Below, piece by piece: positions 1 to 10,000 of a stretch of 64,000 bases of DNA. The stretch spans positions 80,350-144,349 of the forward strand of contig JAAZXB010000007.1 of the NCBI GenBank assembly GCA_014240375.1, read 5' to 3'. The position numbers and the translations under genes were made by a program. This DNA comes from Planctomycetota bacterium. Its GTDB lineage: Bacteria; Planctomycetota; UBA8108; UBA1146. The notes beneath the pieces were generated by a model, which saw nothing but the letters and a program-made list of their open reading frames with translations, was not told the origin of the DNA and did no database searches. Each line of letters opens with the position of its first letter. Within the stretch, counting starts at the first letter, position 1.

Positions 1-335
1 ACCAATCGCCAGGCACAGAAGAGACCCGCAGGGCCGGTGCCGACCACCACCGGACTCTGATCCGAATGCGAACTGGAGATCTCTATCTTCTGTGGATCCC
101 ATTTTTTTGCTCGCCCCTGTTTCAACAGTTGATCGGACAGGTGTGAGGGAACCTCGATGATGATGGCATGTACCCAGCGAGGGGGTCTACCCCGCCGACA
201 ATCGAGCGAACGGCGCTGCACTTCGAGAGTGAAGATCTGTGATGGCGCAATCTTCAGACGGCGTCCTGCAAAACGCGGAAGGTCCTGCTCGGTCCTGCCC
301 AGCGGCAATACCACATCGTGGATGAGCAGTTTCAT
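1..335 (-). CDS. FAD-dependent oxidoreductase (uncharacterised COG2509-like family), 5' part only; runs off the window start
   Basis: Not in the ORF track because there is no stop in the window. Minus-strand ATG at 333-335 reads MKLLIHDVVLPLGRTEQDL...EVQRRSLDCRRG...QSPVVVGTGPAGLFCAWRLV. This is the family-typical N-terminal domain followed by a GxGxxG dinucleotide-binding motif. ATGA overlap with the stop of the upstream ORF. Confidence 0.65.
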   Translation of the reverse strand, partial: MKLLIHDVVLPLGRTEQDLPRFAGRRLKIAPSQIFTLEVQRRSLDCRRGRPPRWVHAIIIEVPSHLSDQLLKQGRAKKWDPQKIEISSSHSDQSPVVVGTGPAGLFCAWRL

Positions 336-973
336 CGGGATTGGTCCCCCGCATTTCGACGGTCTGAATCATCACGTCTCTTCTTCTTCTGAAGCTCCTT
401 TCGGAGAGTCGACCCCGACTTCCCCACCGCTGGACCCTCTGCATCCATCAAGTAGTTAGCCAGCATCAATGGGATCGATTTGTAGTCCCAGTTGTTGGCA
501 AAGAGGTCCTGGTTGAGTTGGTCGCGACGCTCGATGGACCGCCTGCCTTCCTGACTGAAGGTTTCATCGTCGCGGATGGCAAGGCACTCGATAGGCTTTG
601 CACTTCGATGAACCAGACAAGTATCGTTATCGAGGAGAGGACAGGTGTAGGGCTGCGCCTTGTTGGTGTCTCCGATGAATGTGAGGGATACACCCATCCG
701 TCCCAGCACATCCTTGAGTTTCCCCTTCAGGTGGGGCTTTTCTGAAAATGCTCGACTGATGTCGATCGCTTCCAGGTCGGTGATGCGCATCCGGTTCTGT
801 GGCCGTCGACAACACATCGGATCACGATGCCCATCCGGCCTTCCAGGAGAACTCGCGGACTGCTCTTGCTTCTCGAGAAATAAAGGCCCTCTGGATCGAT
901 CCAGAGACACCAGTGATTCATCCAGAGAATTGGTGCGCGAACTCGATCCGCGGCCACCTCTCTTCCTCGCCAT
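332..973 (-). CDS. YkgJ/UPF0153-like putative zinc- or iron-chelating domain protein (start uncertain; ATG at 817 is an alternative)
   Basis: 213-aa ORF. Contains MCCRRP...ITDLE and CPLLDNDTCLVHRSAKPIEC, resembling the second half of the CxxCxxCC family pattern, but the first two Cys of the N-terminal motif are missing. Translationally coupled (ATGA) to the downstream FAD-protein gene. Confidence 0.45.
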   Translation of the reverse strand: MARKRGGRGSSSRTNSLDESLVSLDRSRGPLFLEKQEQSASSPGRPDGHRDPMCCRRPQNRMRITDLEAIDISRAFSEKPHLKGKLKDVLGRMGVSLTFIGDTNKAQPYTCPLLDNDTCLVHRSAKPIECLAIRDDETFSQEGRRSIERRDQLNQDLFANNWDYKSIPLMLANYLMDAEGPAVGKSGSTLRKELQKKKRRDDSDRRNAGDQSR

Positions 974-1008
974 CTCATCCTCCTGATATTAATTCATGGC
1001 CACAGAGA

Positions 1009-2271
1009 TCATCGATCGCTGTCCAACTCCTCGGTTCTTCGAGCGGGTCCCTTCCCCAGGGAGAACATCACGCCCGCTGCAATCATCCACATCAGCATGG
1101 AAAATCCAAACACGTAGCGTGGATCTCCAGTCGATTCTGCCAGAAATCCGCCAATCGGGTGGCCTATCAACCCTCGCACGCACACCAGGGCCACGTGAAC
1201 TGCCATATAGGCTCTTCCCTGCTCTACCGTGGCAAAGGAGATGGGCCCGACATTCCACGCCAGGATCACTGCCGACATCGAAATCCCGAAGACGATTTCA
1301 GCCACGATATAACTGGTGGCGGAATCCGCGACCGCCAGTAAGACGGAATAGACCATCAGTCCACAAAAGGCCCCCCCCGAAAGCCAGCCGGGCCCGATCC
1401 TATCGATGGTCCGACCAAAATATGGAGTCAGGAGCACTGCGGCGAGACTCACGATCCCCTTGGTCCCGAGGAGTACCGGCCAGGAGAGTGCCAGGAACTC
1501 GGCATCGACGGTCCAGATCGGTTTGGCAGTGATCAATGCCATGAAGCCCGTGCCGTACAGCACGAACCCCAGTTCATAGATGAAGAAGCGTCGATCCTGC
1601 TTGAGGATTTTCCACAGAGCCGAGGCGCTGTCGATGCGCGGAGCATCGACCGCTGATTTTTCTCGGCTCCTCAGCGGAACCCTGGCGAAGATGAGGCAGG
1701 CGAACCAGCCGGCCACCGCTGCGATGATGTAAATCCAGGGAAATGCATCACTACTGTAGTGAAGCCAGACTCCCGCTCCGAGGGTGGTGATTCCTGAGAG
1801 CAGAGACCCCCACCTCTGCGCATTGCCGAAGAGGCTGCCCCGTCGTTTATCGGTATAGTTGCCTCTCAGCACTCCGTTCCACGCGGAAGTGATCGGCACC
1901 ATCGCAAGAGCTTGAATCGTGACCAGCACCAGGAAGAACCAGGGTACCAGTTTCAGACCTTCCTCAGTTTTCGACCACTGAGCGATGGATGGAACCAGCA
2001 ACAGACCCACCAGTGCCATCGGCAGCCGACCGAGAGTTGCTGCACGCCGGAGCAATCTTCGTGGCCCCGTTCTGGAGATCCAACCGCCGAAGAAGAGTAC
2101 CGCTCCCTGAGCCACTGCGGGGGCCATCACGATCAAGGTCAACATCAGTGTGTCAACTCCGAGCGCCTTACGAGCAATCTCTCCGGTCGACCACATCAAT
2201 CCACCAAACACGCCCTCGAAGAGGATCGCCTTGACGTGAAAGTTGTAGGTCTGGCGCTCGATTTCTGGCAA
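1009..2271 (-). CDS. MFS transporter
   Basis: 420-aa ORF with a TTG start. About 12 hydrophobic segments with short basic loops (GPRRLLRRAATLGR) typical of the major facilitator superfamily. Same strand as the two downstream genes, so a probable operon. Confidence 0.8.
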   Translation of the reverse strand: MPEIERQTYNFHVKAILFEGVFGGLMWSTGEIARKALGVDTLMLTLIVMAPAVAQGAVLFFGGWISRTGPRRLLRRAATLGRLPMALVGLLLVPSIAQWSKTEEGLKLVPWFFLVLVTIQALAMVPITSAWNGVLRGNYTDKRRGSLFGNAQRWGSLLSGITTLGAGVWLHYSSDAFPWIYIIAAVAGWFACLIFARVPLRSREKSAVDAPRIDSASALWKILKQDRRFFIYELGFVLYGTGFMALITAKPIWTVDAEFLALSWPVLLGTKGIVSLAAVLLTPYFGRTIDRIGPGWLSGGAFCGLMVYSVLLAVADSATSYIVAEIVFGISMSAVILAWNVGPISFATVEQGRAYMAVHVALVCVRGLIGHPIGGFLAESTGDPRYVFGFSMLMWMIAAGVMFSLGKGPARRTEELDSDR

Positions 2272-2540
2272 TAGAATCCTTCAGCAACGGGGGGTTTTCC
2301 ACGGCGTCCATGACAGCAGCTGCCACCCGGTGAGAACCTCGGAAGGAAACTTGAACTCGTCGCATCTTGCAACAATGCGCAGAGTGGGACCATCCAATCG
2401 ACGAGAACTGTCTCTTTTCAAAGCAGTCCACTGAAGGGACTCGGTCTCCGTCCAACTACCCCGTGGATTTCTCGACTCCCATCCCCCACGATCCACTCCC
2501 CGTCCAGTAAACTCATGCCCCAACGGGAGTCAGGAGCGAG

Positions 2541-3206
2541 ATGAATCTTCATGGTATTGGAATAGTCCTTGTCACGTTCATGCTGACAGGCTGCGTGGCG
2601 AACTGGACACCTACTCCGGCTATCACCGGATCCAACGTCTCGCTGACCCAGTCACGGAAGGTCGAGGAGTTCAATCAGATCAATATCGATGGCATCGTCG
2701 ATGTTTCCATCACCATCGGTTCTCCGAGATCGGTGACCGTGACTACCGATGACAATCTGATCAACCACGTCCGAACTCACAAGGTGGGAGATTTCCTGGA
2801 GATCGACACGATCGGTTCCATCGGTACCACCCTGGGGATCCAGATCGAGATCGTCGTGCCAGAGCTGATCACGATAGATCACGACGGAGTTGGAACCCTG
2901 CAGATCGTTGATTTCCAGGGAGAGCGGCTCAAGCTCATCCACGAGGGGATTGGCGACGTCGAGGTCCAGGGGACGGTTGGTCGAGTGAATGTCATCTCCG
3001 ATGGAATCGGAGATGTGATCCTCTCCCGATTGACCGCACGAGAAGCGATCATCGAAAATAATGGAATCGGTGACGTCACTGTTCACGCTTATGAACTGGT
3101 CGACGCCAAGCTCGATGGTATCGGAGACATCACGATTCTAGGATTGCCAACAAAGTTGCTCACCGAAGACGATGGAATCGGTGACATCATTCAGCGAGGA
3201 GAGTGA
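2541..3206 (+). CDS. Lipoprotein with DUF2807/GIN-like beta-helical repeats
   Basis: Signal peptide plus lipobox (VTFMLTGC). Six or more repeats of the DG(I/V)GD motif at roughly 20-aa spacing. AGGAG RBS upstream. Confidence 0.7.
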   Translation: MNLHGIGIVLVTFMLTGCVANWTPTPAITGSNVSLTQSRKVEEFNQINIDGIVDVSITIGSPRSVTVTTDDNLINHVRTHKVGDFLEIDTIGSIGTTLGIQIEIVVPELITIDHDGVGTLQIVDFQGERLKLIHEGIGDVEVQGTVGRVNVISDGIGDVILSRLTAREAIIENNGIGDVTVHAYELVDAKLDGIGDITILGLPTKLLTEDDGIGDIIQRGE

Positions 3207-3634
3207 TGTTGATGGGATGGCTGTGGGCTGCATTCGGTGGAGCGGTGGGAGCATCCCTGCGCTGGGGTGTTTACCAGTGGGTCCAGCGCACCGGAATCTC
3301 TCCTGTCGAAACCGTCGCCCCTGCTAGCATCTCGCCAACAGCAACGGGAACCCTGCTGGTCAACTGGATCGGATCGTTGCTGATCGGCCTGATCGTCGGA
3401 TTCCTCGAGGCGAAGTCGATCGATGATGAACGGCTGCGGATCTTTCTGGTGGTGGGGGTACTGGGAGGATTCACGACGATGAGCGCACTGGGCCTGGAGG
3501 GGTGGCAGTTGCTCCGGGAGGGACACACCCTCAAGACGCTCCTCCTGGTGTTCCTTCAGTGTGTCGGTTGTGTGCTGCTGGCCGGTGGCGGCTGGACTCT
3601 GGCCAGGAACCTGGCGGGAAGTACCGCCAGCTGA
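3203..3634 (+). CDS. crcB: Fluoride ion channel CrcB/FluC
   Basis: 143 aa with four TM segments. Motifs GGAVGASLRW, TLLVNWIGSLLIG and GVLGGFTTMSA (GGxTTxS) are characteristic of CrcB. Overlaps the stop of the upstream gene. Confidence 0.9.
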   Translation: MMLMGWLWAAFGGAVGASLRWGVYQWVQRTGISPVETVAPASISPTATGTLLVNWIGSLLIGLIVGFLEAKSIDDERLRIFLVVGVLGGFTTMSALGLEGWQLLREGHTLKTLLLVFLQCVGCVLLAGGGWTLARNLAGSTAS

Positions 3635-3850
3635 TCACAGCGGAGCATCGAAGGAAACAACGTGTTCTTCCCCCTCAAAGGTGATTCGATCACCCTCCCT
3701 CAAGACCCTTCCCCTGCGAGTCTCCAGCTCTCCATTGACCTCGACTTCACCCCCGGTGATGACGATCTTCGCCTCACCGCCGGTACCGCAGAGCCCCTTC
3801 CACTTGAGAAATTGTGACAGGCGAATCGTCGCCGCTGATTCGTCCTTCAT
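3635..3850 (-). CDS. S4-domain RNA-binding protein, YbcJ-like
   Basis: 71 aa. IRLSQFLKWKGLCGTGGEAKIVITGGEVEVNGELETRRGRVLREGDRITF matches the YbcJ/S4-like pattern. ATGA overlap with the upstream arsC-GAF gene. Confidence 0.8.
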   Translation of the reverse strand: MKDESAATIRLSQFLKWKGLCGTGGEAKIVITGGEVEVNGELETRRGRVLREGDRITFEGEEHVVSFDAPL

Positions 3851-4821
3851 CTGCGCCTTTCCGGGGGGCCAGCCAAACTCAATCCTTCAATCAAAGCGTC
3901 CATCACCAGCGCATCCGTTGCATGGATGGGTTGATTGCTGTCGAGATCCCAGACCGCAACCACTTCCCCGGATGCATCGAGGATCGGGCGCGCCATTCCC
4001 GCCACAGTACTCAATCCGCTCTCCCCATCACACGAGATGTAGCCGGGCCACCTTGTCACATCTGCGGCAACCAGGATGCTTCCCTGTTGAACTGCATCGA
4101 AACATAACCCGCTCCTCCCCTCTTCCTGCTCTTGGATGGGAGAACAGACCGGTGGGCCGTCAGCCGGTCCCAGTTCCAATCGCCTCCTGGGGATCTGCCC
4201 CCGCAGCAGGTAAATTCCGTTCCAGTCCCAACCAAACGGCTTCATCTCCTCTGCGATGATCTTCGGCAGCGATTCCCAGTGAGTACCTTCATCGAGAGCC
4301 GACACCGAGCGACGGGCCAGATCGTGATAGGCCTGCCGTCGCTGCTGCTGAAGATCTCCAGGTAGCTGCTCGATGATCAGTTCGATGCGCTCGAGTAGAT
4401 CGAGCACTCGCAGGTGATGCTGGATTCGCACCCGTATCGAGTCTCGCGCCACCCGAAACACCGCGAGCTGATGCTGATCCACAGCGGATCCATCAAGGTG
4501 CTGTGCGGGATCGGGAAAGGGCCAGTGGAGTGTACGGGTTGCAGCCGAAAACAGCGGGCATTGCTGCCTGGCAGCGTCACAGACCGTCACTGCCAGGTCA
4601 AACTTCTCGCCGGACATCTCTTCGATCGACTGACTCCTGAGAGAATCGATGGAGATCCCGTCTTCCTCGAGAACCGCCAATGCTGCCGGATGCGGAGAGC
4701 CCGTTGGATCGGTTCCAGCAGATGCACAGCGCCATCGCCCCCCGGTCTCGTCTCTCCAGATCGCCTCTGCGAGGATCGAGCGGCAAGAGTTGCCCGTACA
4801 TAAAATGACGACCGATGGCAT
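3847..4821 (-). CDS. Fusion protein: thioredoxin-type arsenate reductase/LMW-PTP domain plus free methionine-(R)-sulfoxide reductase-like GAF domain
   Basis: The N-terminus has the P-loop CTGNSCRS and the downstream Cys pair VCDAARQQCP (ArsC Trx-coupled pattern). The C-terminus has WNGIYLL...LELGP..G..VCSPI....GRSGLC..AV......V.DV..WPGYISCDGES..., keeping the three fRMsr cysteines. Confidence 0.75.
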   Translation of the reverse strand: MPSVVILCTGNSCRSILAEAIWRDETGGRWRCASAGTDPTGSPHPAALAVLEEDGISIDSLRSQSIEEMSGEKFDLAVTVCDAARQQCPLFSAATRTLHWPFPDPAQHLDGSAVDQHQLAVFRVARDSIRVRIQHHLRVLDLLERIELIIEQLPGDLQQQRRQAYHDLARRSVSALDEGTHWESLPKIIAEEMKPFGWDWNGIYLLRGQIPRRRLELGPADGPPVCSPIQEQEEGRSGLCFDAVQQGSILVAADVTRWPGYISCDGESGLSTVAGMARPILDASGEVVAVWDLDSNQPIHATDALVMDALIEGLSLAGPPERRR

Positions 4822-4902
4822 CGATTCCTCCTAGGCAGCTGAGAAGTGCAGGATAGCAGCGAGACGTGTGGAGTGTACCCTGATCATTGAAAGGAGGAGA
4901 TC

Positions 4903-5460
4903 ATGGTGGAACTTTCTAGCATCTGGTTGCCGATTCTTCTCTCCGCGGTATTCGTTTTCATTGCCAGCTCAATCCTTCACATGATGATCCCGATTCACTG
5001 CAAGGACTATGCTGCTCTGCCAGGGGAGGATGAAATCCTGGAAACGATGGGAAAACATGAAATCACCCCGGGGCTGTACCGGTTTCCCTTCTGTGCATCG
5101 ATGAAGGAGATGGGAAACCCAGACCACATGGAAAAAGTGAATCGTGGCCCCAACGGGATGTTGACGATCACTCCCGACGAACCGATGGCGCTGGGGAAAT
5201 ACCTGTTCCTGTGGTTTGTCTTCTCCTTGCTGATCACGCTATTTGTCGGCTATCTCTCATCGATGGCACTGGCCGCTGATGCCACTTCCAGGGAGGTGTT
5301 CAGATTCGCCGGAACTGCCGCCACTCTCGGCTTTGCCGTACCGGTCCTGTGCGATTCGATCTGGAAAGCGGTGCCCTGGCCTGTGACCCTTCGCTTCTTC
5401 TTCGATGGAGCGGTCTACAGCCTCGTCACCGGGGCGACCTTTGCCTGGTTCTGGGCCTGA
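4903..5460 (+). CDS. Conserved-looking integral membrane protein, function unknown
   Basis: 185 aa. N-terminal TM segment, soluble loop, then three or more TM segments. Strong AAGGAGGA RBS. No recognisable catalytic motif. Confidence 0.6.
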   Translation: MVELSSIWLPILLSAVFVFIASSILHMMIPIHCKDYAALPGEDEILETMGKHEITPGLYRFPFCASMKEMGNPDHMEKVNRGPNGMLTITPDEPMALGKYLFLWFVFSLLITLFVGYLSSMALAADATSREVFRFAGTAATLGFAVPVLCDSIWKAVPWPVTLRFFFDGAVYSLVTGATFAWFWA

Positions 5461-5481
5461 AATAACTGACGGGAGTCCATC

Positions 5482-6984
5482 TTGTACTGCGCTTATCTGA
5501 TGCTGCTATTCTGCGCTTCGAGCCTCGACGCAACGATTCCGGAATCTACGGTTCAGGAAGAAGTTGAATCACGTCCCCCCAACATCATTCTCATCCTCGC
5601 CGACGATCTCGGCTATCGAGAACTGGGGTGCTACGGCCAGGAGAAGATCAAGACTCCGAACCTCGATCAACTCGCCGCCGACGGGATGAAATTTACCCAG
5701 CACTATTCAGGTGCTCCGGTCTGTGCATCTTCACGGTGTGTATTGATGACGGGGCTCCACTGTGGTCATTCTCTGGTCCGGAATAACTGGGAGAATGGCG
5801 GCTGGGGAGAAGATGAACCGGAAGGGCAGTACCCACTACCGGGTGGCACGATCACCATGGCGAGAATGCTCCAGGATACCGGCTACGCCACCGGAGTTTT
5901 CGGCAAGTGGGGACTGGGCGGACCAGGAACCTCGGGGGCACCGGAGCATCAGGGCTTCAACACATCGGTGACGGTTTTGTGCCAACGAAAGGCTCACAAC
6001 TTCTACCCGACTCACCTGTGGAAGAATGGTGAGAAGATGCTTCTCGCCGGAAATCAGTGGTTCAAGGCGCACCAGAAGATCGATAAACCGCTGCCCGAGG
6101 ATGAGGATTACTACGATCGCTACCTGGGCCAGACCTATTCGCCGGATGTCTTCCTCGATGAAGCGCTGGACTTCATCGATGAGAATTCCAAAAAGCCATT
6201 TTTCCTCTACTACCCCAGCCCCATCCCCCATGTCGCGCTTCAAGTACCCGTCGAGGATCTGAACCAGTATCCAGAGGAGTGGGATGACAAGCCCTACCTC
6301 GGGGTCGGAGGCGGTTATCTTCCGCACCCTCGTCCAAGAGCGGCTTACGCGGCGATGATCACCCACCTCGATAAGGAAGTGGGTGCCATTCTCGATCGTC
6401 TTGAGCAGCATGGACTGTCAGACAACACCCTCGTGATGTTCACCAGCGATAATGGCACGACCTATGCCGGCGGAGTCGATCACCAGTTCTTCGCCAGTAC
6501 CGAGGGCTTGAGCGGTCTCAAGGGCAGTGTCCTCGAAGGGGGAATCCGCGTTCCCCTCATCGCCCGCTGGCCCGGCAAGATCGCCAAGGGAAGCAGCAGT
6601 GATTTCCCGTCATCCTTTCCTGACATGATGCCGACGGCCGCAGAACTGGCCGGAATCCCCTTCGATCTCCCCATCGATGGTGAAAGCCTGATCCCGATGA
6701 TGACCACAGGGTCCAATCCGCAGCGAACTCATGATCTGTACTGGGAACACGGCGATCAGCAGGCACTTCGCCACGGCGACTGGAAACTGGTTCGAAGAAG
6801 ACTGGGAAAGAAGAATCAAGAGACGCGGCTCTTCAACCTCGCCACCGATGCCGGAGAAAAGAAGGATCTCTCGGAAGAAAGACCTGAGATCCTTCAGATG
6901 ATGATGAAACGGGCAGTCTCCAGCCGATTCCCATCACCGATCTTCCCCAACAAGGCTCTCGATTCACTTCACGACCAGCAATGA
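5482..6984 (+). CDS. Arylsulfatase-family (formylglycine-dependent) sulfatase, secreted
   Basis: 500 aa. PNIILILADDLGYRELGCYG, the FGly-motif region GAPVCASSRCVLMTG and a downstream GKWGLGG are classic sulfatase motifs. The FGly motif is unusual (CASSR instead of CxPxR). TTG start. Confidence 0.9.
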   Translation: MYCAYLMLLFCASSLDATIPESTVQEEVESRPPNIILILADDLGYRELGCYGQEKIKTPNLDQLAADGMKFTQHYSGAPVCASSRCVLMTGLHCGHSLVRNNWENGGWGEDEPEGQYPLPGGTITMARMLQDTGYATGVFGKWGLGGPGTSGAPEHQGFNTSVTVLCQRKAHNFYPTHLWKNGEKMLLAGNQWFKAHQKIDKPLPEDEDYYDRYLGQTYSPDVFLDEALDFIDENSKKPFFLYYPSPIPHVALQVPVEDLNQYPEEWDDKPYLGVGGGYLPHPRPRAAYAAMITHLDKEVGAILDRLEQHGLSDNTLVMFTSDNGTTYAGGVDHQFFASTEGLSGLKGSVLEGGIRVPLIARWPGKIAKGSSSDFPSSFPDMMPTAAELAGIPFDLPIDGESLIPMMTTGSNPQRTHDLYWEHGDQQALRHGDWKLVRRRLGKKNQETRLFNLATDAGEKKDLSEERPEILQMMMKRAVSSRFPSPIFPNKALDSLHDQQ

Positions 6985-7017
6985 CTCGCTGGCCTTCAAC
7001 CGAATCCTCGCGACTCT

Positions 7018-7058
7018 CTCTTCGAACTCATCTCTTCGAACTCATCTCTTCGAACTCA
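7018..7058. repeat. About 3 tandem copies of a 14-bp unit (ctcttcgaactcat)
   Basis: Read directly: ctcttcgaactcat ctcttcgaactcat ctcttcgaactca. Lies between the convergent sulfatase and collagenase genes. The last copy contains the collagenase stop codon (7056-7058). Confidence 0.9.
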
Positions 7059-10000
7059 GGGGCAACCTGCATCGGGGAAGGGTGCCGCAGGTGGTTCTCC
7101 TGCATTGAACAGATAGAGCAGCAGGTAGATCGCATCCGAGATGTCGATCGATCCGTCAGCGTTGGTATCCCCTGCCTCTTCCGGGTTCGGTTGGGCTCCC
7201 GTGGCGAACAGGTAATCGAGAAGGAAGATCGTATCCGAGATGTCGAGGGTGCCGGAACCGTTGGTGTCTCCTCGGATGAATGGATCGGTGCATGGACTCG
7301 GAGGCAGCATCCACTCGAGGATCCGTGCCAGCAGCGGAGTACGATCTGCAGCCACGACAGACGAGAAGGGGAATGCCAGCACCGCCGCCTTGTGCCCCTG
7401 ATCGACTGTCACCACTGCGGCCCCGCCGCCTTGAAGTGTCCCGGTACCCGATGCCGGGTCGTAGGAGAACGCCCTCTGTGCCGGTGGTAGCGGAGTCATT
7501 TCCGATTGGTAGGCACCGCTCGACAGCTGCAGGTCGAGGCCATCCCCGAGCGGGTTTCCCGCCTCTCCCAGTAGTCCTGGCAGACCCATATCCCACTGTT
7601 CGTGCTGGAGGAACAGGTAGTTGCTGAACAGTGCAGTGGTGTCGAGATATGCGGTGGCATACGCTCCCGAGAGCACCAGGTTTCCGCCGCCCTGGAGATA
7701 TTCCATCAACAGTGCCTGGCGCGCCGGACCCAGCTGGTCGGGGTAGCCGCTGTGGAAGTAACCGACCGGCCATATCACGACGCCATCGGTATATTCAGCG
7801 AGCAACGCGGTGGTCAATGGACCATCGACAAACGGGTCCCATGCCTGGTAGCCGATACCGAGACCATCGAGAACATCCAGGTAAGTGACTTGATACCCGG
7901 TATTTCCAGCATCGAAGTAGCCATTGATCACCAGGATGTCGATGGTGGACTCGACCGTCACTTCCAGCGATTGCAACGATTCATTGTCGGAAGCATCGAT
8001 CGCAGTGATCACGTAGTGGAGTTGGCCCGCTCCCGCTTCACTGTCGACAAAGACATTTTCCTGCAGTGGAAGCGGATTCACCAGAGAGTAAGGCCCGCCA
8101 GCAACCACAGATCGATGGACGAAATAGCCACTCAAGTCGGGCTCCGGGTTTGCATTCCAGGAGAGGGTCACGCTTCCATTGGCCGAGACTGCAACGACTC
8201 CGGTCGGAGGCGAGGGCGCGACCACGTCTGCTGCCGTTGCAGAGTAGGGTCCCTCGAATACGATGGTCGATGTCGCCAGATCTGCCGAGACGGTGGTCTC
8301 GCCGAACCACGCCACTGCTGAGGTCATGTTGTCGGAGAGCCCGGTGAGTTGCCCCAGTTGACCATCGAGCACCAGGTCCGTCGATTCCCGGTAATCCTCG
8401 ATCGGTTGACCGCCGAGCGGGGTCGTCTCGCTGTACTGGTACTGAAAACGATTTTCCCAGACATGGAATGCCCCGCCGCCAGGCAGGACCGACTGAAGCT
8501 GCCCCAACACCTGGCCGGCGTTGTCATTTGCCAGCGTGGTCGGTGTCGCAACGGTCGGTACATCTTCGGCAAAAAGCCCGGTGCCCTGTTGGAGCAGAGC
8601 AATCTGAGCGTCGATGAAACCGTCGTAGTCCACTTGCAGTTGCGGATCATTCGCCATCGAAGCATACAATGCATCGAGGACCACGATGTCATTTCCGAGC
8701 ACCGCCTCGAAAAGGGCCGCCAGTAGATCGGGGCGCAGTTCTTCGAGAAACTCGAAGTACACGCCGGCGTACCTGTAGAAGGTAAACGATCCATAGGTCG
8801 CACTGGTGATGTCGGCCACCGTCAGTCGGGTGCTGTCGGTTGAAATCCGATCGAGCAGAATTCCCCGCGGCAATACCCCGTTGATTCGAGTCGCGCCGAC
8901 CAGGTATTCCGCCAACCCCTCATTGTACCAGACCATGCGGTTTCCTTCGTACAAGGAGCCGGACTCGCCGAAACTCCCGGTGATCAGGTAGCGACTGTCG
9001 AGGAAGTGCGTGTACTCATGACGGAGCAGTTCTTCCAGCGTGTAGATGCTCTGTGCTGGAGTTCTGTCGTAGGTGAAGAGAGTCCCCCACCCCTCGATGA
9101 AGATGCCGCCGTTATTGGTCGAGAGACCGTACAAGAACGGCTGATAGTTCGAGTAATCCTGTGGACTGCCATAGATCACCAGCGTCAGAACTTCATTGGT
9201 GTCGCCGGGAACGGCCTCGAGGGCACCACTCTTCCGGTAGAACTGACTCTCGACCTCCTGGATGGCGTCATAGAGTTGGTTCGCCACATCGAGGTCGATC
9301 GCCGTCAGGAATTTCAGCCGTCCCTGGTCGAACAGATACTCATTGGGTAGTGCGATCGCCATCACTTCGCTACGAATCTGGACAAGATCGAGCAAGCCAC
9401 CGCCATACAACTGACCGGCAAACTGCATATCCAGGTCGATCACCGCCCTCAGCCACGGTCCGGAGTACGGAATGTGGAGATTGTAGGCCTGCGTGAGGAT
9501 GTCGTGAGCCGCATCCCGCGTCGTCTGTTCGAGAAATGCCATCCGGTTCATCACCCACAGGGCATTGAGCACGACATACTCATTATCATCGGTGTAAGTA
9601 GTGTCGAGGGCGATCACCGCAACCGCGGCTACCAGAGCAGGTGACACCGCGGAATACCACGGACTGTTGACTCCACCAGAGTTATTTTCATTGCCGATCT
9701 GCCGGGCCAGTGTGAAGAGACAGCGATACGCCATCAGACGTTCCTGGTATTCGTCTTCATGGGCCGGATCGGATGAGTATCGATCGAGCACCGCCTCGAT
9801 CTGAGGGATCAACGATACGCTGGCATTGGTACTGTCGATGCTCACCAGCCATTGCGACAGAAGAGACAGCGGTGGATCCACCGTGATCAACTCAGGCTGC
9901 TGTCCAACGGTCACCATCGCCTGCACCGCCGCTGCAAACGTCGGATCGTCGTACGACACGCTCGCCTGATAGAACTGGTGATAAAAAGCGATCTGGTAAA

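Noticed and set aside
2272-2540. Fluoride riboswitch (crcB motif) upstream of the DUF2807-crcB gene pair, or a riboswitch for the divergent MFS gene.
   Set aside because: I could not find the conserved crcB-motif core or a convincing pseudoknotted fold by eye. crcB here is translationally coupled to the upstream lipoprotein gene. A covariance-model scan would be needed to be certain.
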